64,000 bases of DNA from Mayamaea pseudoterrestris (lineage: Eukaryota). Shown in pieces: positions 60,601-64,000 of this stretch. Position 1 is the stretch's first letter. Each line of letters begins with the position of its first letter. The position numbers and the translations under genes are program-made. Under the pieces are notes generated by a model. The model was not told the DNA's origin and did no database searches. It saw only the letters and a program-made list of their open reading frames with translations. Where the stretch lies: the NCBI GenBank assembly GCA_027923505.1, contig BROI01000001.1:682001-746000 (forward strand), read 5' to 3'.

Positions 60601-63600
60601 ATGGGTACGGCCTCCACGGTGGGTATGGCCAACACCACAAGTTGCCGATTCTGACCTGTCAAACGCCCCATGCCCCGGCCACCAAATACCCAATGAGTCA
60701 GGCCCAAACATGCCAGGGTATGCCACTGACAGGTGCAGAGTCTCAAATGGTGCAAAAAGGACTGCCTGGAGGCTGACACCACTGGTACGGCCTCCACGGG
60801 GGGTATGGCCAACACCACAAGTTGTCAATTCTGACCTGTCAAACGCCCCCATGCCCTGGCCCCAAAACCCAATGGTGAGGCCAAACATGTCCAGGGTATG
60901 CCATTGACAGGTGCAGAGTCTCAAATGGTGCGCACACTGGAGGCTGACACGACGGTCTCCACGGGGGGATGCCGGGGGGCGGCCAACACCAAAGTTGCAT
61001 TCTGACCTGTCGAACGCCCCCATGCCCTGGCCACCCAAAACCCAACCCAGCAACAATCCTGACAGGTGCAGAGTCCCAAATGGTGCAAAAGGACTGCCTG
61101 GAGGCTGACACCATGGGTACGGCCTCCACGTTGGGTATGGCCAACACCACAAGTTGTGGATTCTGACCTGTCAAACGCCCCATGCCCTGGCCACCCATAC
61201 CCAATGAGTCAGGCTAATGTCAGGGTGCCATTGACAGGTGCAGAGTCTCAAATGGTGCAAAAAGGACTGCCTGGAGGCTGACACCATGGGTACGGCCTCC
61301 ACGGTGGGTATGGCCAACACCACAAGTTGTCGATTCTGACCTGTCAAACGCCCCACATGCCCTGGACCCAAATACCCAATGAGTCAGGCAAAACATGTCC
61401 AGGGTATGCCATTGACAGGTGCAGAGTCTCAAATGGTGCAAAAAGGCTGCCTGGAGGCTGACACCATGGGTACGGCCTCCACGGTGGGTATGGCCAACAC
61501 CACAAGTTGTCGATTCTGACCTGTCAAACGCCCCATGCCCTGGCCACCCAAATACCCAATGAGTCAGGCCAAACATGTCCAGGGTATGCCATTGACAGGT
61601 GCAGAGTCTCAAATGGTGCAAAAGTGGCTGCCTGGAGGCTGACACCATAGGTACGGCCCACGGAGGGTATGGCAAACCACAAGCTGCCGATCCCGACCCG
61701 TCAAACCGCCCCCAGGCCCCGGCCACCCAACAATGAGTCAGGCCAAACATGTCCAGGGTAGGGCCACTGACAGGTGCGGAGTCTCAAATGGTGCAAAAGA
61801 CTGCTCTGGAGGCCGACACGGGCAGCCTCCACGGAGGGGGCCACACACAAGTGCGATCTGACCTGGTCAAACGCCCCCATGCCCTGGGCCACCCAAATAC
61901 CCAACGAGTCGGGCCAAACATGTCCAGGGTATGCGGCATTGACAGGTGCAGAGCCTCAAATGGTGCAAAAAGGACTGCCTGGAGGCTGACACCATGGGTA
62001 CGGCCTCCACGGTGGGTATGGCCAACACCACAAGTTGTCGATTCTGACCTGTCAAACGCCCCATGCCCTGGCCACCCAAATACCCAATGAGTCAGGCTAA
62101 ACATGTCCAGGGTTTGCCATTGACAGGTGCAGAGTCTCAAATGGTGCAAAAAGGACTGCCTGGAGGCTGACACCATGGGTACGGCCTCCACGGTGGGTAT
62201 GGCCAACACCACAAGTTGTCGATTCTGACCTGTCAAACGCCCCATGCCCTGGCCACCCAAATACCCAATGAGTCAGGCCAAACATGTCCAGGGAATGCCA
62301 TTGACAGGTGCAGAGTCTCAAAGAAAAAGGACTGCCTGGAGGCTGACACCATGGGCACGGCCTCCACGGTGGGTTGCACACCGACTGCCTGTCAAACGCC
62401 CCATGCCCTACCCAAATACCCAATGTCGGCAAAACATGTCCAGGGTATACCATTGACAGGTGCAGAGTCTCAAATGGTAAAAGGACTGTCTGGAGGCTGA
62501 CACCATGGGTACGGCCTCCACGGTGGGTATGGCCAACACCACAAGTTGTCGATTCTGACCTGTCAAACGCCCCATGCCCTGGCCACCCAAATACCCAATG
62601 AGTCAGGGCAAACATGTCCAGGGTATGCCATTGACAGGTGCAGAGTCTCAAATGGTGCAAAAAGGACTGCCTGGAGGCTGACACCATGGGTACGGCCTCC
62701 ACGGTGGGTATGGCCAACACCACAAGTTGTCGATTCTGACCTGTCAAACGCCCCATGCCCTGGCCACCCAAATACCCAATGAGTCAGGCCAAAACATGCT
62801 CCAGGGGAGCCACAGGGCAGAGTCTCAAATGGCGCAAAAAGGACTGCCTGGAGGCTGACACCATGGGTACGGCCTCCACGGGGGGTATGGGGCACAACAC
62901 CATCTCTCGTCAAACGCCCCATGCCCTGGCCACCCAAATACCCAATGAGTCAGGCAAACATGTCCAGGGTATGCCATTGACAGGCAGAGTCTCAAATGGT
63001 GCAAAAAGGACTGCCTGGAGGTGACACCATGGGTACGGCCCCACGGTGGGTGTGGCTCCAACACCAAAGTTGCCGATCACCCTGTCAAACGCCCCGCCCG
63101 GGGGCCAAATACCCAATGAGTCAGGCCAAACATGTCCAGGGTATGCCATTGACAGGTGCAGAGTCTCAAATGGTGCAAAAGGGACTGCCTGGAGGCTGAC
63201 ACCATGGGTACGGCCTCCACGGTGGGTATGGCCAACACCACAAGCTGTCGATTCTGACCTGTCAAACGCCCCATGCCCTGGCCACCCAAATACCCAACGA
63301 GTCAGGCCAAACATGTCCAGGGTATGCCAATGACAGGTGCAGAGTCTCAAATGGTGCAAAAGGACTGCCTGGAGGCTGACACCATGGGTACGGCCCCACG
63401 GTGGGTAGGGGGCCAACACCACAAGTTGTCGATCCTGACCTGTCAAACGCCCCATGCCCTGGCCACCCAAATACCCAATGAGTCAGGCCAAACATGTCCA
63501 GGGTATGCCATTGACAGGTGCAGAGTCTCAAATGGTGCAAAAAGGACTGCCTGGAGGCTGACACCATGGGTACGGCCTCCACGGGGGGTATGGCCAACAC

Positions 63601-64000
63601 CACAAGTTCGGCGGCGGGAAGGTCTGGGGGGGCGGCCAATTCTGACCTGTCAAACGCCCCATGCCCTGGCCACCCAAATACCCAATGAGTCAGGCCAAAC
63701 ATGTCCAGGGTGGGCCCAATGACAGGGCAGGAGTCTCAAACGGGCAAAAGACGCCTGGAGGCCGACACCATGGGTACGGCTCCACGGTGGGTATGGCCAA
63801 CACCACAAGCTGCGACTGACCTGTCAAACGCCCCATGCCCCGGGCCACCCAAACACCCAATGAGTCAGGCAAAACATGTCCAGGGTATGCCATTGACAGG
63901 TGCAGAGTCTCAAATGGTCCAAAACTGCCTGGAGGTGACACAGGGTACGGCCTCCACGGGGGATGGCCCAACACCACAAGTGCGATTCTAACCCTGTCAA
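42650..64000. repeat. Satellite family F, 181-bp monomer, >100 copies, runs off the window end
   Basis: Near-identical 180/181-bp units (A4/A5 run variant) from 43.4 to 57.7 kb. Noisy and interrupted after 57750. Confidence 0.97.

Noticed and set aside
29766..63991. Hundreds of repeated 60-370-aa ORFs in the satellite arrays
   Set aside because: They are by-products of tandem repeats with periods not divisible by 3. Their lengths change with a single A-run indel, and they have no protein-like features.
19357..64000. CRISPR-like array (regularly spaced palindromic repeats)
   Set aside because: The intervening sequence is itself repeated with no unique spacers, there are no cas genes, and the context is eukaryotic.

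Overview
Eukaryotic DNA, most likely from a diatom or related stramenopile. This is inferred from the short GT-AG introns, compact genes, an FTO homologue and a diatom-type (CoDi-like) Ty1/copia element. Positions 1.7-17.3 kb hold a gene-dense island of 11 protein genes: FTO-like demethylase, secretory aldo-keto reductase, TIM-barrel-like protein, DUF711, METTL21-type methyltransferase, ABHD11-like hydrolase, SmF, Kish, MAPEG/MGST3, M3 peptidase and a mitochondrial-type hybrid-cluster protein. Almost everything else (~42 kb) is a patchwork of abutting satellite arrays. Their basic periods are all nucleosome-sized: 347 bp (178+169), ~171-188 bp, 169 bp (two subfamilies), 352 bp (173+179) and 181 bp. 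Several families share a palindromic ACAA(C/G)TTGT core and a GTCTC motif, and the 181-bp monomer is a ~145-bp quasi-palindrome plus a ~36-bp spacer. A defective copia element (21721-26529, minus strand, 329-bp LTRs) joins two different arrays without a target-site duplication. Its primer-binding site matches the anticodon arm of tRNA-Asn, suggesting half-tRNA priming. Sequence quality looks poor around 36.6-38.8 kb, 41.9-42.5 kb and beyond 57.7 kb, and there is an N at 35780, so some junctions may be assembly artefacts.
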